Source: the human T2T-CHM13v2.0 reference genome, Homo sapiens
Assembly: GCF_009914755.1 (NCBI RefSeq)
Contig: NC_060929.1
DNA: 64,000 nt
Reading direction: 5' to 3' (one strand)
Made by a program: the position numbers and the translations under genes
The notes under the pieces: model-generated
Told to the model about the DNA's origin: nothing
Databases searched by the model: none
Seen by the model: only the letters and a program-made list of their open reading frames with translations
Shown here: in pieces, positions 15,812 to 33,100 of the stretch
Position numbering within the stretch: the stretch's first letter is position 1
Layout: each line of letters opens with the position of its first letter

Positions 15812-18091
15812 TATGTGATAAGCCTCTTCTCTTTTGCTTCTTTCAAGATCCCCCTTGGTCTTTGACTTTCAACAGTTTGACTATGATATGCATAGGTGTG
15901 GATGTCTACAAGTTTATTCTACTTAAAATTTGTTGACCTTTTTGGGTGTATAGATGAATGTTTTTCATCAAATTTGGAAAGTTTTCAGCCATTATTTCTT
16001 CAAATAGTTTTCTGCTCCTTTTTCTCTCTTTTCTTGTTCTAGGACCCCATTGAGCATATATTGGTATGCAGAGTCTCACAAGTCTCTTAGGTCTGTTCAT
16101 TTTTTTAAATTATTTTTTCTTTCTTGTTCCTCAGACTGCATACTCTCAAAAGACCTATCTTCAAGCTCACTGATTCTTTCTTCTGCCTCCTGAATTCTGC
16201 TATTGAGTTCCTGTAAGTGAATTTTTTATTTTGGTTATTGTGCTTTTCAACTCTAGAGTTTCTATTTAATTTCTTCTTATAATTTCTATCTCTTTATTTA
16301 TATTCTGTATTTGCTGAGACATTCTTCTCATGTTTTCCTTTAGTTCCTTGATATGGTTTCCTTTAGCTCTTTGAACATATATTAAATACCTAATTTAAAG
16401 TCTTTGTCTAGTAAGTCCAATGTCTAGAATTCTTAAGCATAGCTTCAATTGATTGATTTTTTGGTGTATGGGTCATACATTCTTGTTTCTTTGTATGTCT
16501 CATAACTTTTCTTGCATTCTTAATGTTTAAATAATATAATGTGGCAACTCTAGAAATCAGATTCTCCCTTCTCCTCAGGGTTTAAAATATAAACTTATTG
16601 TATATTGTCACAACTTATTGTAGTTGTTGTTTGTGACAACAAAATTATTTTAGAAAAATCAGTGACTTTTCTTAAATAAATTTGTAAAATCTGTATTGTC
16701 ATGTGTTGCCACTGAAGTTTTTATTCAATTAGCTTTTTGATCAGCTAATGATTGAACAGAGATTTTATTAAATGGCTAGACTAATAAATCTCTCAATATT
16801 TGCTGAGGGGCTCCGTGTACATGTTAGGGCACACCTTCAACATTCAATCAAGCAGTTTATAATCCTGCCTTAGTTTTTATATCCTACTTATGCAGAACCT
16901 CAAAGTGAGACAGAAGTGAGAACTGTGGGCCTTTTCAGGCCTCTTATGAGCATATACACAGCGCTATATATGCACATGGCCTTCTAAAGTCCCAGGAATA
17001 TGTTGGGGCTTTTTAAAGCCCATATGGACAATTCATTCTTCAACATTTACTTTTAAGCTTTTGGTTTGTCTATTGCTTACCCTAATTGTTACCCATCGCC
17101 TCAGGCAGACGTGAGTGCCTGCCTATATTTGCCTGTAAATGTTTTTGACAAATCACCCCAGAAAAAAGCTTTTAGCACTATGAAAACTTGAGTCAGGTCA
17201 AATAAAGGCAAACCTTTCAAGTGGGGCCTTCCAAGAAACACCAGATGAGTCAAATAATAACTGTTCTTTGGAAATGAGGCTTTGAAATAACTCAAGCTTC
17301 ATTCTACTTTCTCCAGTACCAGGCATGCAGGCTGTTATTTTTCAAGGCTACCACTGAGCTGGGAGCAGGGAATGAGAATAGAACATGTTAAAATGATACA
17401 AAACTCACTTGCCTTACTGGGAATCAGGCATTTTTCTCTACAAAATGCTCCCCAAGTTTCTGCAAGCCTTTGATTAATTTTGAAAGTTCTAAAAAAGTTG
17501 ATTCAGATCTTTTTGCCAGTTTTTTCAAAGCCTTTATGGAGGGGCAAATTTTCAGAGGTCCTTACTCTGGCATTTTTGCAGACATTCCACCATGATATGG
17601 TTCTTACTGTAATAATAATCTGTTTCTGCCCCAGAAACTTCATGTTTACTTTCAAGATAATATGAATAAATATAGATACTAAAAATTTATCAATCATGCA
17701 TTATTCTGTGACAATATACCCCATATAGGCCTTATTAAGCTGGGGATATCACTTTTGGTGTTCAAGTCAGAGTGGGGTTTACACTCGCCCATTCCAATCA
17801 ATGATGCATTTTACTACATTTGAATTTTATTGTGATCCTGAGGTCTAAGCCAGAGAATATAAACACACTCAATTGTTTTCAGGGATTAGAATAAGATATT
17901 CAAATTCTGTTATTTTTATACAATCTGTAGTGCTACTTCTTGCACTTTTACGGTAGATTAATCACCACATTCCCTCTAGGTAAATTACAATGTCTCTATA
18001 CAGAACTCCAGAAGGAAGTATAGTTCCTGGGAAAATTGGAAAAGAAAATATGGTCACAAGAAAAAAGTTAATATAATAATGGAGAACAAGT

Positions 18092-18141
18092 GTCTCCATT
18101 ATTATACACACACACATATATCTACACACACACATATACAC

Positions 18142-18179
<38 letters not shown>

Positions 18180-18210
18180 CACAGTTTCTTTATCCACTTG
18201 TTGATTGATG
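18092..18210 (-). repeat. (CA/TA)n compound microsatellite in a short L1 3' fragment
   Basis: CA/TA runs followed by cacagtttctttatccacttgttgattgatg (L1PB/L1MA-like). Confidence 0.75.
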
Positions 18211-18354
18211 TGCAGCAAATGAATACTTTTTAATGGGAGAATTCAACTAATATTATTAAATATTAAGACACAGTAGTAGGCACAATGTTAGGTGCAAAAA
18301 TTAATTGCACATAATTGTGTCACTCAAAGAACTGTTTTTGTCAATTATATAATA

Positions 18355-19680
<1,326 letters not shown>

Positions 19681-19874
19681 AAAATTAGGGCGTATTTTCA
19701 GGACAATGAGCTATACAGTTGGGCATAAATTGGGGCATTTAGAGAAGTGGGCTGCAAGTGTCTTTAGAGTATTAGAAGGTTATGTAAATAACTGATGTGA
19801 GTGGGCAAGGGACCAGCACACAGGTTCTCATGACAGTCTAGCCACTACTCATATTCAGTTGAGTGTGAAGATGT

Positions 19875-19927
19875 GGACCCAGTGTCACCAGATCTCTCAA
19901 TGTTTCAAAAGAAGCTGGAAATCCAAA

Positions 19928-19963
<36 letters not shown>

Positions 19964-20070
19964 GCCTCAGTGTTTAAATATGAGCAACTAATTAATAATT
20001 TAAGAAAAGAAGTCTGCTAACCAAAAAATGTCTACAGATTGGGGATAAACAGCCCACAGGATAGTTGCAA
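19875..20070 (+). mobile_element. MER103C-like hAT element containing (TG)n at 19930-19960
   Basis: cccagtgtcaccagatctctcaatgtttcaaaagaagctggaaatccaaattt. Confidence 0.6.
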
Positions 20071-20099
20071 TAACTGATGTAATGTAACAGTGGGACATG

Positions 20100-20380
20100 G
20101 TGGGAAACATTTAAGAAGGTTGAGCTGGAGCCATATTATGAACAAACTTGATTTCCAGGCTTGGGGATTTGTGCTTAAATTGGCTTGCACTGGAAAACCA
20201 ATGAGTAATTTTGAGCAAGAAAATGGAGTGATATGAGCTCTGCTAGAAAAAAAAAATTAATCTGGTGATGGCATAAAGAATAGATAGAAGAGGGAGGAAT
20301 GAAGAAGGATGAAAGGCAGAGAGACTTAAGAAGCTACAGCTATATTTTAGGTAAGGAATCATGAAGGCTGGGTGGAATTT
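20100..20380 (-). mobile_element. L2 fragment
   Basis: ggaaaaccaatgagtaattttgagcaagaaaatggagtgat ... gaagctacagctatattttagg. Confidence 0.55.
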
Positions 20381-21149
20381 GTGTCAAACCTTAAAACAGG
20401 CATTCAGGAGAAAGGACGGGCAAGGCACACTGAAAAGTAGATGTATCAGTATAAAGAAAACACTACACTTTTGTTGGGAAAAAAAAAGCATTCAACGGGC
20501 TCAAGTCATCCTGAAAGTTCAAGAGCTGGGTGAGAAAACATAAGTTGGGTATGAAGTGTTAACCAGCTTTGGTGCTGTGCCTCCCACCCAGTCATGGTAT
20601 GGAAAGGTAGGTCTCATCCCCTTGACTCCACACCCACACAGATGTGCCAAAACAGCCCACCAGAGAGAGAGCTAAGGAACCAAGCAAGCTCAGGATGAGG
20701 GATGAATCAAGGGACTGGCCAAGGTGACCAATCAAAGAGAGAAATCCACCATGATGAGGTTGGGAGGGAGACTTCACAAAGCTCTGCATTACACACAATC
20801 CACTCTCCCATTATGTTCAAGGAATCTCCGAAGTTCAGGAAGACCAAAAGTGTCAGAGCAGGTACCAGACCACCTATGAAGTGTGTCCTCCACAGTTTCT
20901 TTCTATCTTTCAGGGCTCTCAGACTCAGAGCTTCCAACACTGACAGCTCACCTCGACTCTCTCTCTTCAAGAAACCTTATTCCAAACTTTGTTCACTTTT
21001 CTCTTCCTCATTCTGTCCCCTCTCCCTAAATCAACTCATAGGTGATCTCTGCTCTGGTCTTTCACACTTTTGCTCTAGATCACAAGATAAACCAACTGAT
21101 GCAGACACTGCTGACGCCCAAACCCCTATCCTTTCAACCCTCCTCAAGT

Positions 21150-21573
21150 TTACCCACAGCTGCATTGATGAATGGTCCCACTCATTATGTCCACGTTGAG
21201 TACCCCCATCCTTTGTCCTCTGCCTGGGACTTTCTCCTTTGCCATAGGATCTTGCTTAGCCCATGCACACAGCATCTTGCCCCAAGGGCAACCCTCAACC
21301 AGTGAGGAGTGAATATCAGGTGATAAGTACCCAGCTTTCAATGGAATAGTCCTGAAGTGCATTTTTTACATTTCCTGAAGGATCTTCAGCTGGAGGAAGG
21401 CCCCGTTGCCAACAGCAGTAATTCTCTCTTTAGTACAACTTTTATTGGCTTTTCTCCCTTCACTGTCTGACTTCCTCCTCTTCCCCTACCTCTTCCCTGG
21501 AATCTCTTCTTAAATAAAATGTCAGCGTTAGAGTCCCCAAAGGGCCTGACTTTGGGGGAACCCGAAAGAGACA
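21150..21573 (+). mobile_element. LTR33/LTR16-like ERVL solo LTR
   Basis: gggcaaccctcaaccagtg ... aataaa ... tttgggggaacccgaaagagaca terminus. Confidence 0.7.
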
Positions 21574-24384
21574 TTGCCCAGTCTACCTGTTAACAGGTCA
21601 ACGTATTATTTGTTTGCCCTTTTTGGATTATACTTGAGTGCTTACAGATAGCCTTCTAGAGGAAAAACAGCCTTTTAGTACAAAGGAGTGACAGTAGAGT
21701 TGGTGATTTTGATTTGGGACACAACTGTAGACCAATACAGGAGATACTTAGAGACACACAGCACCTATTTTAAAAAAATAAAATAAAATAAAATAAATAA
21801 AACTACTAACCAAACCCACACCTATGAGTTTTTTGCCCTGTGTAAAGGTGAGAACATGCCCTATCATACTTACATTCACAACCACAATGGAACAAATTGA
21901 AACTGAGGTTTCTTGCCTGGACAAGCTGCTTTGTTTGTTGGGGGAAAATATAAACTACTTTTTCTCTATGGGAATCAATTTGAACTGCAAATGACGAATG
22001 TGGTAAAGGCTGAGGAAAGTCAAAATTGCTACTACTAGATACAACCATTGATTGATGACCTGCTATGAACCAAAACAGTTAAGCAGCAAACAAATTATGT
22101 CCATGAGGCTTACAATTAAATTTAAATGGAAGAACTTTTAAAAGCCAAAACCATCTTCTAGTTTTCATTGCTCTCATATACATCAATGTCAAATTTAATG
22201 TGCAGATAAACCACATTTTTATTTAAAATACATTATACCCGAGTAGGGAGAATGGTACAGAAATGGTCAGTGTATTGGCAAGTGTGTCACTTGTCTTTGC
22301 ATAAATTTATTTTCCTACATTTCCCATCAGTTTTTTACCTTCTGAGTTTTTTATACCCCATCAATCCTTTAGCCTATTGTGTTGTATTTATTTATTGAGC
22401 AGCTTCCATATTAAAGACACAATGCCAGCCTCACATAACATAGAGATGAGTTGTGTAGAGTTCTGGCTCTCCAAGGGTTTATGTTCTAGTAGGAGAGTGA
22501 GCTAACACAAAGGAGTGAATCTTCAAACCAAATTTACACGAATCAGAGATCTTACCCAACATCAAGCTTTATTAATAATTCAAGGATATAAGGATTCAGG
22601 AAGCAAAGCCGAAAGAGATCTGAGGCATCCCGCATGGCTCCCTGGGTTCTCTTTCCACATTAGACATGCGCATTTTTGCCTAGCATAGACGACGCCTGTC
22701 AGTGAGAGCCACAGGTTGCCTGACACAACAGAAAAAAGAGAAGTGATATAGCTCCATTTTATATCCAAGAGAATTGTATAGCTTACAAGACAATCTCCAA
22801 GCAATGTTGCTTCATAAAGCTGTAGATCCTAGGTGTGTTTTCCTAAGCAAACCAAAGACATCCTATTAAGAACAATCCACAGAAAAAGACTCTCCTCCTA
22901 GGAAACAGCATTAGTCTATCACGTTGACAAGGAGATTCAGTGAGCTTCCTGCCTTCCTCTCTTTCCCTTGGGAGAATCCCCCAGTAATGGGGAGAGAAAA
23001 TGGATCACAGGCCAGCTGCTTCAACACTTTCCTCCCCAAGGAGATAGGACATACACCCAAACAAGTACAACACCCGACAGATATCAATAACTATTTTAAA
23101 GTGTCAGTTAGTAACTAGTGTGCAACTCAGGTGATGGTACAGCATAGAAAATTATACTGTCTGTGCAAATTCATCATGAAGATTTTAAGTTATCTAAAAT
23201 TATGGCTTCTATCTATGACCAGCACACCAAGAGAAACCCTAGAGGATCAGTTGTGTCCATCATCTGAAGATCTGACCCAACCAAAGTCCAGATGAATATG
23301 AAAGCCCAAAGTGTTCAAGGACAGGGGATGAGGGAGAATAGTTATAAGGATGGGAGATATGGTTTGAAAGGCAGATGTTATTAGATTGGACATTCCTTGA
23401 GTAATATCTTTAAGGGGTTGTTCCTCTTCTCTCTCCTACTCTCTCCTCCTCCCTGCTTTCTTTCTCCCCTTCTCCCCTCTCCCCTTCTCCTTCTCCCTCC
23501 TCATTCAGGGGAGGTTTTGGAATAGACATCAATAATTATATTTTAAAACATGTATTACAAACATCTCTTTATAATCTGTATCTATGCATTATAATAGATT
23601 ATAATTTATATACATATACATACATATATGTGTGTTTTTCTATAACCCTTGATATTGATTTTGACAAATACTGATTGAGCACTCACTATGTGGTATCAGG
23701 CACTATTCTAGGTGCTTGTGATACATCCATGAACAAAATAAACAAAAATCCCTTCCATTGTGGAGATTACATTCTATCAGGAGGATAAAGACAATAATCA
23801 ATAAATATAATTAATAAGTAAACTATATACTTTGTGAGAAAGTGATAAATGCTCATAGAAAAAAGAAAGGGGAACAGGAGTGCTGAGAGCAGTCAGGCTG
23901 AAATTAACAGGACATTAACCCTGTGGACAGGGGAGTGATGGGGTGGCAGCAGGGGGAAGGTAAATGATAGAACCTTATAGACCATGTTAAAGACTTTGGC
24001 TTTTATTCACAGAGAAAAGAGGACCCATTGAAAGGTTTGGGACAGAGTAGAGTCATAGTCTGATTTATGCTTGCTGTGGTAAGAAGGCTGTAGGAGTCAA
24101 GAAAAGCCAGGAGACCAGTTAAAAGGCTATTGCAACAATCCGGACAAAAGAAGAGGTTGGCTCAGCCAGGGTAGCAGCAGTGGAAGTGATGGGAAATGAT
24201 CAGATTGGATCTATCAGAAGGGATATATTTCAAAGGGGTAACCAATAGGATTTTCTAATGGATTGGATATTGTGTGTCGGATAAAAAGAAGTCAAGAATA
24301 TCACCAAAATCTTGGATGTGGGTAACTGGAAGGTTGGAATTACCCTCAATTGAGACAGGGAAGAATGAGAAGAAAGCAGGTTAG

Positions 24385-24937
24385 GATATTAACTGTTGTC
24401 TCTCAGCCCCGCACTTGCCCTTCTATACTCTTGTCAGTACTTCTGGGGATAGGAGTCTGCAAACTGCATTTCCCAGGCTCCCTTGCAATTTGGCTTCTTG
24501 TTAGGAGTCACTACTGGGAGATCAGAAGGTGACAGGAAAAGAAAGTCTTCCTACTTCTGGGGTAATGTGGTAGTTACCAGTAGTTGCTAACATGAAGGTG
24601 GGTAGGGGTGATTCCATAAGCCAACAGCCCAGGCAGGGGCGGCAGATTTCTGGCAGCTTCAGCACTGATCCTGAAGATGCAGACCTGACACAACAGCATC
24701 TCCAGCATGGCAAGCTGGTGAGCTCCAGTGTGGGAGTGCATGCAGCTTCTGACCTCTGGGTATTGTTCCTTCTTCCTTTATTACTTCCAGACCTCCTCCA
24801 TTTTCCCTTTTGCACTTCCAGCTCTTCCAACACCTATGAAACTTCCCGGTATTGAAATGCATAGTGTTGTTGTTGTTGTTGTTGTTGTTGTTGCTGCTGC
24901 TGCTGCTGTTGTTGTTTCTGACCAGGCCTGACTGGCA
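24385..24937 (+). mobile_element. LTR41-like ERVL solo LTR
   Basis: tgtctctcagcccc ... ctgcaaactgcatttcc ... ggcttcttgttagg ... cctgactggca. Confidence 0.7.
24866..24916. repeat. (GTT)9(GCT)5(GTT)3 compound trinucleotide repeat
   Basis: Seen directly; translates as V9A5V3 in the ORF track. Confidence 0.95.
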
Positions 24938-26248
24938 TGGGGGTGGAAAATTAGGACTTCAGTTTTGGACATGGTAATTTTGAGAAGTCTGTTAGAAATC
25001 CAAAATTTAATATCAGGTGAGCAGTTGGATGCATGAGTCTGGAGGATGTGAGGTTATCCTCTTTTCTTGGGAAAGAAGTCTGGGCTGGAAATACACTTTG
25101 GTTGCATATAGATGGTATTTAAAGTCATGAGGTTAGGTGGAGTGACCAAGGGAGTTAGTGTGCGTCAAGGAGACATGCAAGGACAGAGCCAGGGACGCGC
25201 CAACATTAAGAGAGGAGGAGAATCTGGCAAAAGAGCCTGAGAAGGAGAAAAAGTGAGGTAGGAGGAAACCATGGGAATATAGTGCTCTGGAAGCCTGTGC
25301 TTCCTTACATAATCTGGGTTTGGTTTTTTGCTTTTGCTTATGAACACTGAAAGAAGGTACAAAGACTCCCACACTACACCAAAGGATTCCATACTCTTCA
25401 AGGACTAGGAAACCCAGACTAGAAGTCATCATGATGATATCTATATTCCCATCTCTATCACACATTTCTTAGGTGATTAGAGCAAATTCACTTGGCTTCT
25501 CTCTGCCTTATTTTTTCTCAGCTATATAATGAAGATCACTTTGCTACTTATCTACCTGCCATGGATGTTTTGGAAATTTACAAAGTGATTATTTTTAAAG
25601 CAAGTGTTATCTAAAAGAATTTCACGAACGAAGTTTTGCCACTTATCAACTGAGGTGGCCACTCACAGACAAAAGCACTGAAGCTAAACAGTTTCTGTCC
25701 AAAACCCAGTGTTGTCATTACTATATAATGCCCTAATTCAAGTTGTTAACCTTCCTGAGTCTCATTCTCCCTACCTGTAACATCCAAACAATGACAGTAA
25801 CAGCCAGATGGCCAGCCGTGAGAAGAGAAAACAAAACAAAACAAACAAAAAAATACATGCTTGCAAGGTCTCCAATACATAGTAAATAAGAAAAAAAAGA
25901 AAAAGTTGATCCTATCCTCCCACTCCAAATTTTAGAAATCTAGTAGGCAAATGATTATATTTTGACATCAGATAATTTCTAAATATAGAGATGATGGAAA
26001 GCCTGAATTGTTTTAACTAGATAAGGCAGTGAGCCATGAAATTGTCAACAATGTTCTCAGGAAGTGAACGCTAAAACAACCAGAACCTCAATTTGTCTGT
26101 TAAACTCAACCCAGCTCATGCCTAACAAGCAGGATCAAATGTTAGACAAAGCAGGGGAATGGGTTACTCTGCTCTTATTTGTCTGATTGTTTGTGATTGT
26201 TTGCATATACTTACGTACACACCAAGAGATGTACGGTGCAGGACGACT

Positions 26249-26654
26249 GCATTCGTTTGCTAGGGCTGCCGTAACAAAGCACCACAGACTGGGTGGCTTC
26301 AACAACAGAAATTTATTTCTCACAGTTTGGGAGGCTAAAAGTCCAAGATCAAGGTGTAGGCATGTTTGGTTCCTTCTGAGGACAATCTCCTTGACTTGCA
26401 GATGGTTACCTTTTGCTGTTCTTCGCACAGTCTTTCTTCTACGCGTGCACATTCCTGATGTTTCTCTATGGTTCTAAATCTCCTTTTTTTATAGGGGCAC
26501 CAGTTAGATAGAATTAGGCCCACCCAACTGACCTCTTTTAATGTCATCACCTCTTTAAAGGCCCTTTCCCCAAATACAGTCACATTCTGAGTTAATGGGT
26601 GTTAGAGCTTCAACATATGAATGCAGGAGGGAAGACACAATTCAACTCCTAACA
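26249..26654 (-). mobile_element. MLT1B solo LTR
   Basis: tttgctagggctgccgtaacaaag ... ccaaatacagtcacattctgag ... gacacaattcaactcctaaca. Confidence 0.88.
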
Positions 26655-27464
26655 AGGGCTAAATTAGCGATTTAGGAGATAAGATTCCATCCAGATCCTT
26701 AAAATATTGGGTGGCTTGTAGGCACAGGCAAAAGAGGACTGCCCAAAAGGTAAGGCTCTAGGAGTCCAGGAGTGTGCTGCCATGTGAATCACAGAGAGTC
26801 TGTCTTAGAACAAGGTATTCTTGTGAAGGTAATATGAACTGATCCACACATAATCCTATTCCTTCCTCCTGGGCTTATTGATAGCTATGCACTTTCAAGG
26901 CAAGGGCTTCTCCCTCAGGCTGAAACCCACATCTCCCCATCCATGATCCTTTCACCTGGTCCATGAGCTATAGATTAATGGCAGGAGTTAACCTAAGGAA
27001 GCTGGGCATTCCCTTCTCATGCGATTGTCAGCAGCAACTAGATAGTGATTGCCACACTTTCAGTAGTGCATTCAGCAATTTCTATCAAATTAATGGACTA
27101 CAGTTGCACGCCCTTGAACTGATCTTGCAGTTGTCAGATGGGGGGCTGGAGAGAAAGAACAAGAGCAAGTGAGAGCAAGCCGGGGTCTTCGAAGCCATAA
27201 CCAGAGTACTGAGGAAAACTAAGAAAATGGCCTTTGTGTCTCTTGACCATCACACACTCGCCTCCCTGAGTTTTCTGTTTTAACCTGAGTTGAACTTGGG
27301 AGAGAGGTGGTATTGTCATCAATACATGAAACATCAACAGAGAAAACTTATGTATCACTTCAGTTTTGTTGTCTTCTCAGTCTCTTCCATTCCCAACTCC
27401 TTGGAAGAGGTTTCTCAACCTTTCCCCAAAGAAGGTGCCTCGCTCACTCAGGATGGAACTCTTT

Positions 27465-27842
27465 ACAGTAAGTAATGCTAGCTACTGGACCAAATAAACT
27501 CCAAATATCAGGGGCTTAGCAGACCAGAAGTTCCTGGTCAGCAGGTGGCCTTCCACACAGTCCTTCAAAGATCAGGATGTCTCCCATCTTGTGGCTCTGT
27601 CCTCAAAGGTCTCATAGACATTTGCATTCACATGAGGAAAGAGGAATAAGTTTTACAGGTAGCAGCAGGCTTTTCTGGGCCAGGCCTAGAAGTGGCACCC
27701 ATCACTTCCAATCACATTAAGTTGGCTAGAACTCAGTCACGTGGCCATACCTAAAAGTGAGGGAGGCTGGGAATGTAGTCAGCCATGTGCCAGGAAAAGA
27801 AGGAGAGCACGATATTCATGAACCACTGTAGTCTCTGCCGCA
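27465..27842 (-). mobile_element. MLT1J/K-like solo LTR
   Basis: ccaggcctagaagtggcacccatcacttcc ... ttggctagaactcagtcacgtggcc. Confidence 0.75.
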
Positions 27843-28789
27843 AGGGTCCACCAGGAGATACCACTTGTTTTCTATTTTACGCCGAAGAATTGGGGCACAT
27901 TCTGTATATGAAACAAATATCAGCAAAAACTAAGAATCTCTCACTCTTAATGTAACTTTTTGGAAGTGATCAGACATCATCTCAGAACAAGATCTTTTGG
28001 AATGTATTTTAAAGATTCTTGTCACCGTGGATCAGGATTTTCCAAAAGACACGAGCCATGCCTTTCTCATTATGGATCCTTGGTTATTATTACTACTATT
28101 GTTATTAATACCTATAAGAATTCTTTTGATTCTTGGTAAAGTTCAGATGGGGATTTCACCAAGAATACAAATCAAATTCAAAGGTTAAAAAAAAAAATCC
28201 TATTGTGTATTGTTCTACTTGGTAATTTTTTAAAAATCGTAATGTCTTCTTCTCCAGCTGCTTTTAAACAATTATAAAGACCCCAAAATAGTGTGCTAGC
28301 ATCCAGAAAGAGGCTCAGTTCTATGTGATTGCAACCTACAAAGGCCCCCATGTCCAGCCCTGGCTGTCTGAGTAGCCACTCCACAAACCGTTGGCCATCC
28401 CAGTTGTGTTACCACAACATGTGGTTGAGTTATCAAGCCCTTTAGTTCAACCCACTTGGAGGCTTTGTAGCAAAGAGCCTTTCAGCATGACAGGGGACAC
28501 CATGAAGTCAGTCTTGTCATGGGTAGGAAGAGTGCCTGCCATAATGCCCCTAGAAGAGCTTCCTGGGGAGGAGAAAAAAATGTCTGCCTGTCTCTGAGTA
28601 TGGCCCTAAAGAAGTGGTCCTAATCCACAGATTTCCAGAATGGCCAAGTTGGAGAGGCCTTAGGGCACTATGCTGAGTATTTCACAAGCCTCTCATGTTA
28701 TAAGAAAGGAAAGTGGGGCTCTGAAAGGAAAAGTGGTTTGTCCAGGATCACTCCAGCACTACAACCTACTGCCTCCTCCAATTTTATGA

Positions 28790-29360
<571 letters not shown>

Positions 29361-29914
29361 AAATAGGAAGCAGAGCCAGGGTTAGAACAGTTTTCCTGGT
29401 GCTTGGTGCAAGTCTCTTTCCGCTGTGATACCAGAAACAGAGCCAGCAGGGACTATAAGCAACAATTCTATCTTTCTGTCAAGGACTACATAGGCTCAGG
29501 GGATGGTGGGATCTTTTCTGTGCATCATTCCCTGACCCTTGACACCACTCCTGCTACTTAGTGTCTGTAACTCAACACTTCTTTTACATAAGTGTCATAC
29601 TCCTGTTGCAAGGGATGCTGGCTGGGGGAGTCATTTTCAGCTGCATCTGAGTAGAAACTGAGACCCAAAGAATATGGAGGAAAGGAAGGCTGAGGAGGCT
29701 TTGCCTCCCAGGTATCTACTCCCAGGAAATGTATTATACTGTATTCAGATAGAGACAAAAATCAAACATAATGTTAAAGATCAAAGAAAATAGACTACAA
29801 TTTTTACTTCCCTGGCAAAGGTGAAATGATCAATTTTATTTACATTGATCAAAGTCACGTTCCCTGAACTTGAACACCCAAGAGAATATAAAAAGGAGGT
29901 AGTCCCTTAACAAG

Positions 29915-30400
<486 letters not shown>

Positions 30401-30488
30401 CTAATATTCTAATATTAGGACTATAAAATTGAGAAATAATTTGACAGATCTAACACTGCCATTTAACATAAAAGAGTATTTTGGATTG

Positions 30489-30958
30489 GTGTTAGTTTCC
30501 TACCACTGCTATAAAAATTATCATGAACTTAGAGGTTTAAAATAACACAAGTTTATTATCTTATAGTTCTGATGTCAGAAGTCCAAAATGGGTCTTACCA
30601 GGCTAAAATCAGGGTGTGGTAATGCTGTCTTCCTTCTGGAGGCTCTAGGGAAGAATGGTGTACCTTTTCCAGCTTCTAGAGGCCACCTGACTTGGGCTCG
30701 TGATCCCTTTCTCCATCTTCAAAGCTGGCAGCATAACATCTTCAAATCTCTTTCTCTGCTTCCATTGTCCTATTTCTTCTGTGATTCTTATAAAGATCCT
30801 TATGATTACACTGGGCCCATCCAGGTAATCTAGGACGATCTCAAGGTCCTTAATTTAATCACATCTGCAAAGTCCCCTTTGTCATGTAAAGTAGCATATT
30901 CACAGCTTCCGGGATTAGGATGTGGACATTTGGGGAACCTATTATTCTTCCTACCACA
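30489..30958 (-). mobile_element. MLT1C/D-like solo LTR
   Basis: gtcagaagtccaaaatgggtcttacc..ggctaaaatc ... cacatctgcaaagtcccc ... attattcttcctaccaca. Confidence 0.85.
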
Positions 30959-31427
30959 GGATCTTTTAAGAACTGGAGAAATAGCAGTAAGGACAAACAG
31001 AGATCACTTTTGGCTGCATAAATGGGTAGATTTTTAAGAACTGCCTAGAACTCAAAAATGAGGCTTCCAGAGTTTTATCCCACCACCTCAAAAAAAAGCA
31101 GATTTCAGGTAAGAATTCTGGTTAACTTTCCCTGCTACCCTCTGTTTCCCTTCTCCAAACCCCCCACCCCAACCCCATTCCCAATAAAATGCAGCTACCT
31201 AACAAAGGCCATAATGCTTTCTATAGTAAGTAAATTCTGGGGAAAATTAGAAATATGGTTTTCCAATTTTTGTCAAAAAAAATCATTTATAATTTTTTAA
31301 AGAGGGGAAAAGGCCTTAAATATGTTGAAGCACTGCCACTCATTTCTTTTCTTAGTTGGGACATGCATATACCCGTAGGCACACATTCACAAGGCTGACA
31401 TTGCCCTCTAATTGGAAATCCTCTTAA

Positions 31428-31872
<445 letters not shown>

Positions 31873-32954
31873 CTTCCTCTACCATTTCTAATCACCCTAT
31901 GGATGGGGGATTCTCTTCCTCCTAAGGTCCCACCTCCTGCTGCTTGCAATTGCAAAGGAGATACTTTGATAGATTACAAATTGTTTTCAGTAGCTGACCT
32001 AGACATAACATCACCACTTCCTGATTATATTGATATGTGTTTCTATTATTTGCTTATTTGCGCCTCCAGAAACAATTCTTTTTTGTTGTTTTACTATAAA
32101 CAGCATTGCAAGGTCTCTGTATTAAATCATAATTATTTACCCATGCAGTTCATGCACCTTTGTCCCTGGGGAATCTGGTGACGTGAATTTACAGGAACGT
32201 CAGGGTATTTCTCACCAACAGTTTCCTGTTATTGATATGCTTTTGTTTAGTTGTGATCTTTTTTTTAAGCATTCAGTTTCTCAAGGGAAAAATAAACAGG
32301 CATGTGACAATTATCACAGTCATGGGATCTCATCTGGGGACCTCACGTATGTGTTTTCATCAGGGACTGGCCCCTCTGGCAAGGCCAAACACTGTGAAAT
32401 TGTATAAGCAGACAATTGGTTATCATTCATTCGTTCTCTCAGTTTTCCCACATGCTTCAGATAGCTATCTTAGTAAATAAATACACATTATACTTTGTAG
32501 AAGAAATTCCACAGTCTCAAAAGAGACTGTAGTAAAATAGAAAAAAAATTATAAGAGATGGATCGATAAGAAATCATTGATTTTTCTAAGCTCTGAAGTA
32601 CAGAAATCCAAGGTTGGACTTTTCAATTATGAAGTAATTATGTTAGTTAACACTGTCATGAGCCTAAGTGTTCTTGCCAACTAACGTAGAAAATTGTAGT
32701 ACTTAATTACTGAATTGAGACTTCACAACACTTGGAAAGATATTAAATGTACCTAAGTTTTCCGTCTCTCTTTATTATTACTCAAATATACATTCATCAT
32801 GATTTTCAATGTCTACTTTTAATTGAGAAATGAGAATCCTTATCCTCAAAAACATTCCAGAAAGTGTAGTGGTTTTTCTAAATCCTGTCTTCTATATCAA
32901 TATGCTATAAAACGTGAGCTGAAAACTGACATTAGCAAACAACTTTCTAAAACT

Positions 32955-33100
32955 ATGCTGTCCTGGGTGGTAGCCACCAGCCACATGTGGCTATTTAAAT
33001 TCAAATTAATTTGATTAATTTGCTAGAGGCCATGATATGGGACAGCACAGATCACTGAACATCTTCATCATTACACAAAGTTCTATTGGGCAGCCCTGTT
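32955..33100. mobile_element. MER3/MER33-like hAT element
   Basis: ggtagccaccagccacatgtggctatttaaatt ... aaagttctattgggcagc. Confidence 0.75.

Larger units (their letters stand above)
13794..17600 (-). mobile_element. Old L1M LINE: ORF2 start, ORF1 and 5' region (right part of the host element)
   Basis: ORF 15906-16100 gives KLFEEIMAENFPNLMK (ORF1); tattatgccattgctgggtagagtgttctacagatgtc continues the sequence broken at 7455. Confidence 0.8.
23665..25300 (-). mobile_element. L2 LINE interrupted by an LTR41-like element
   Basis: acaaatactgattgagcactcactatg ... aggcactattctaggtgc 3' end; resumes with ttcagttttggacatggtaattttgag. Confidence 0.8.

Noticed and set aside
20702-21199. 165-aa plus-strand ORF
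   Set aside because: No recognisable domain or exon context; runs into an LTR; consistent with chance.
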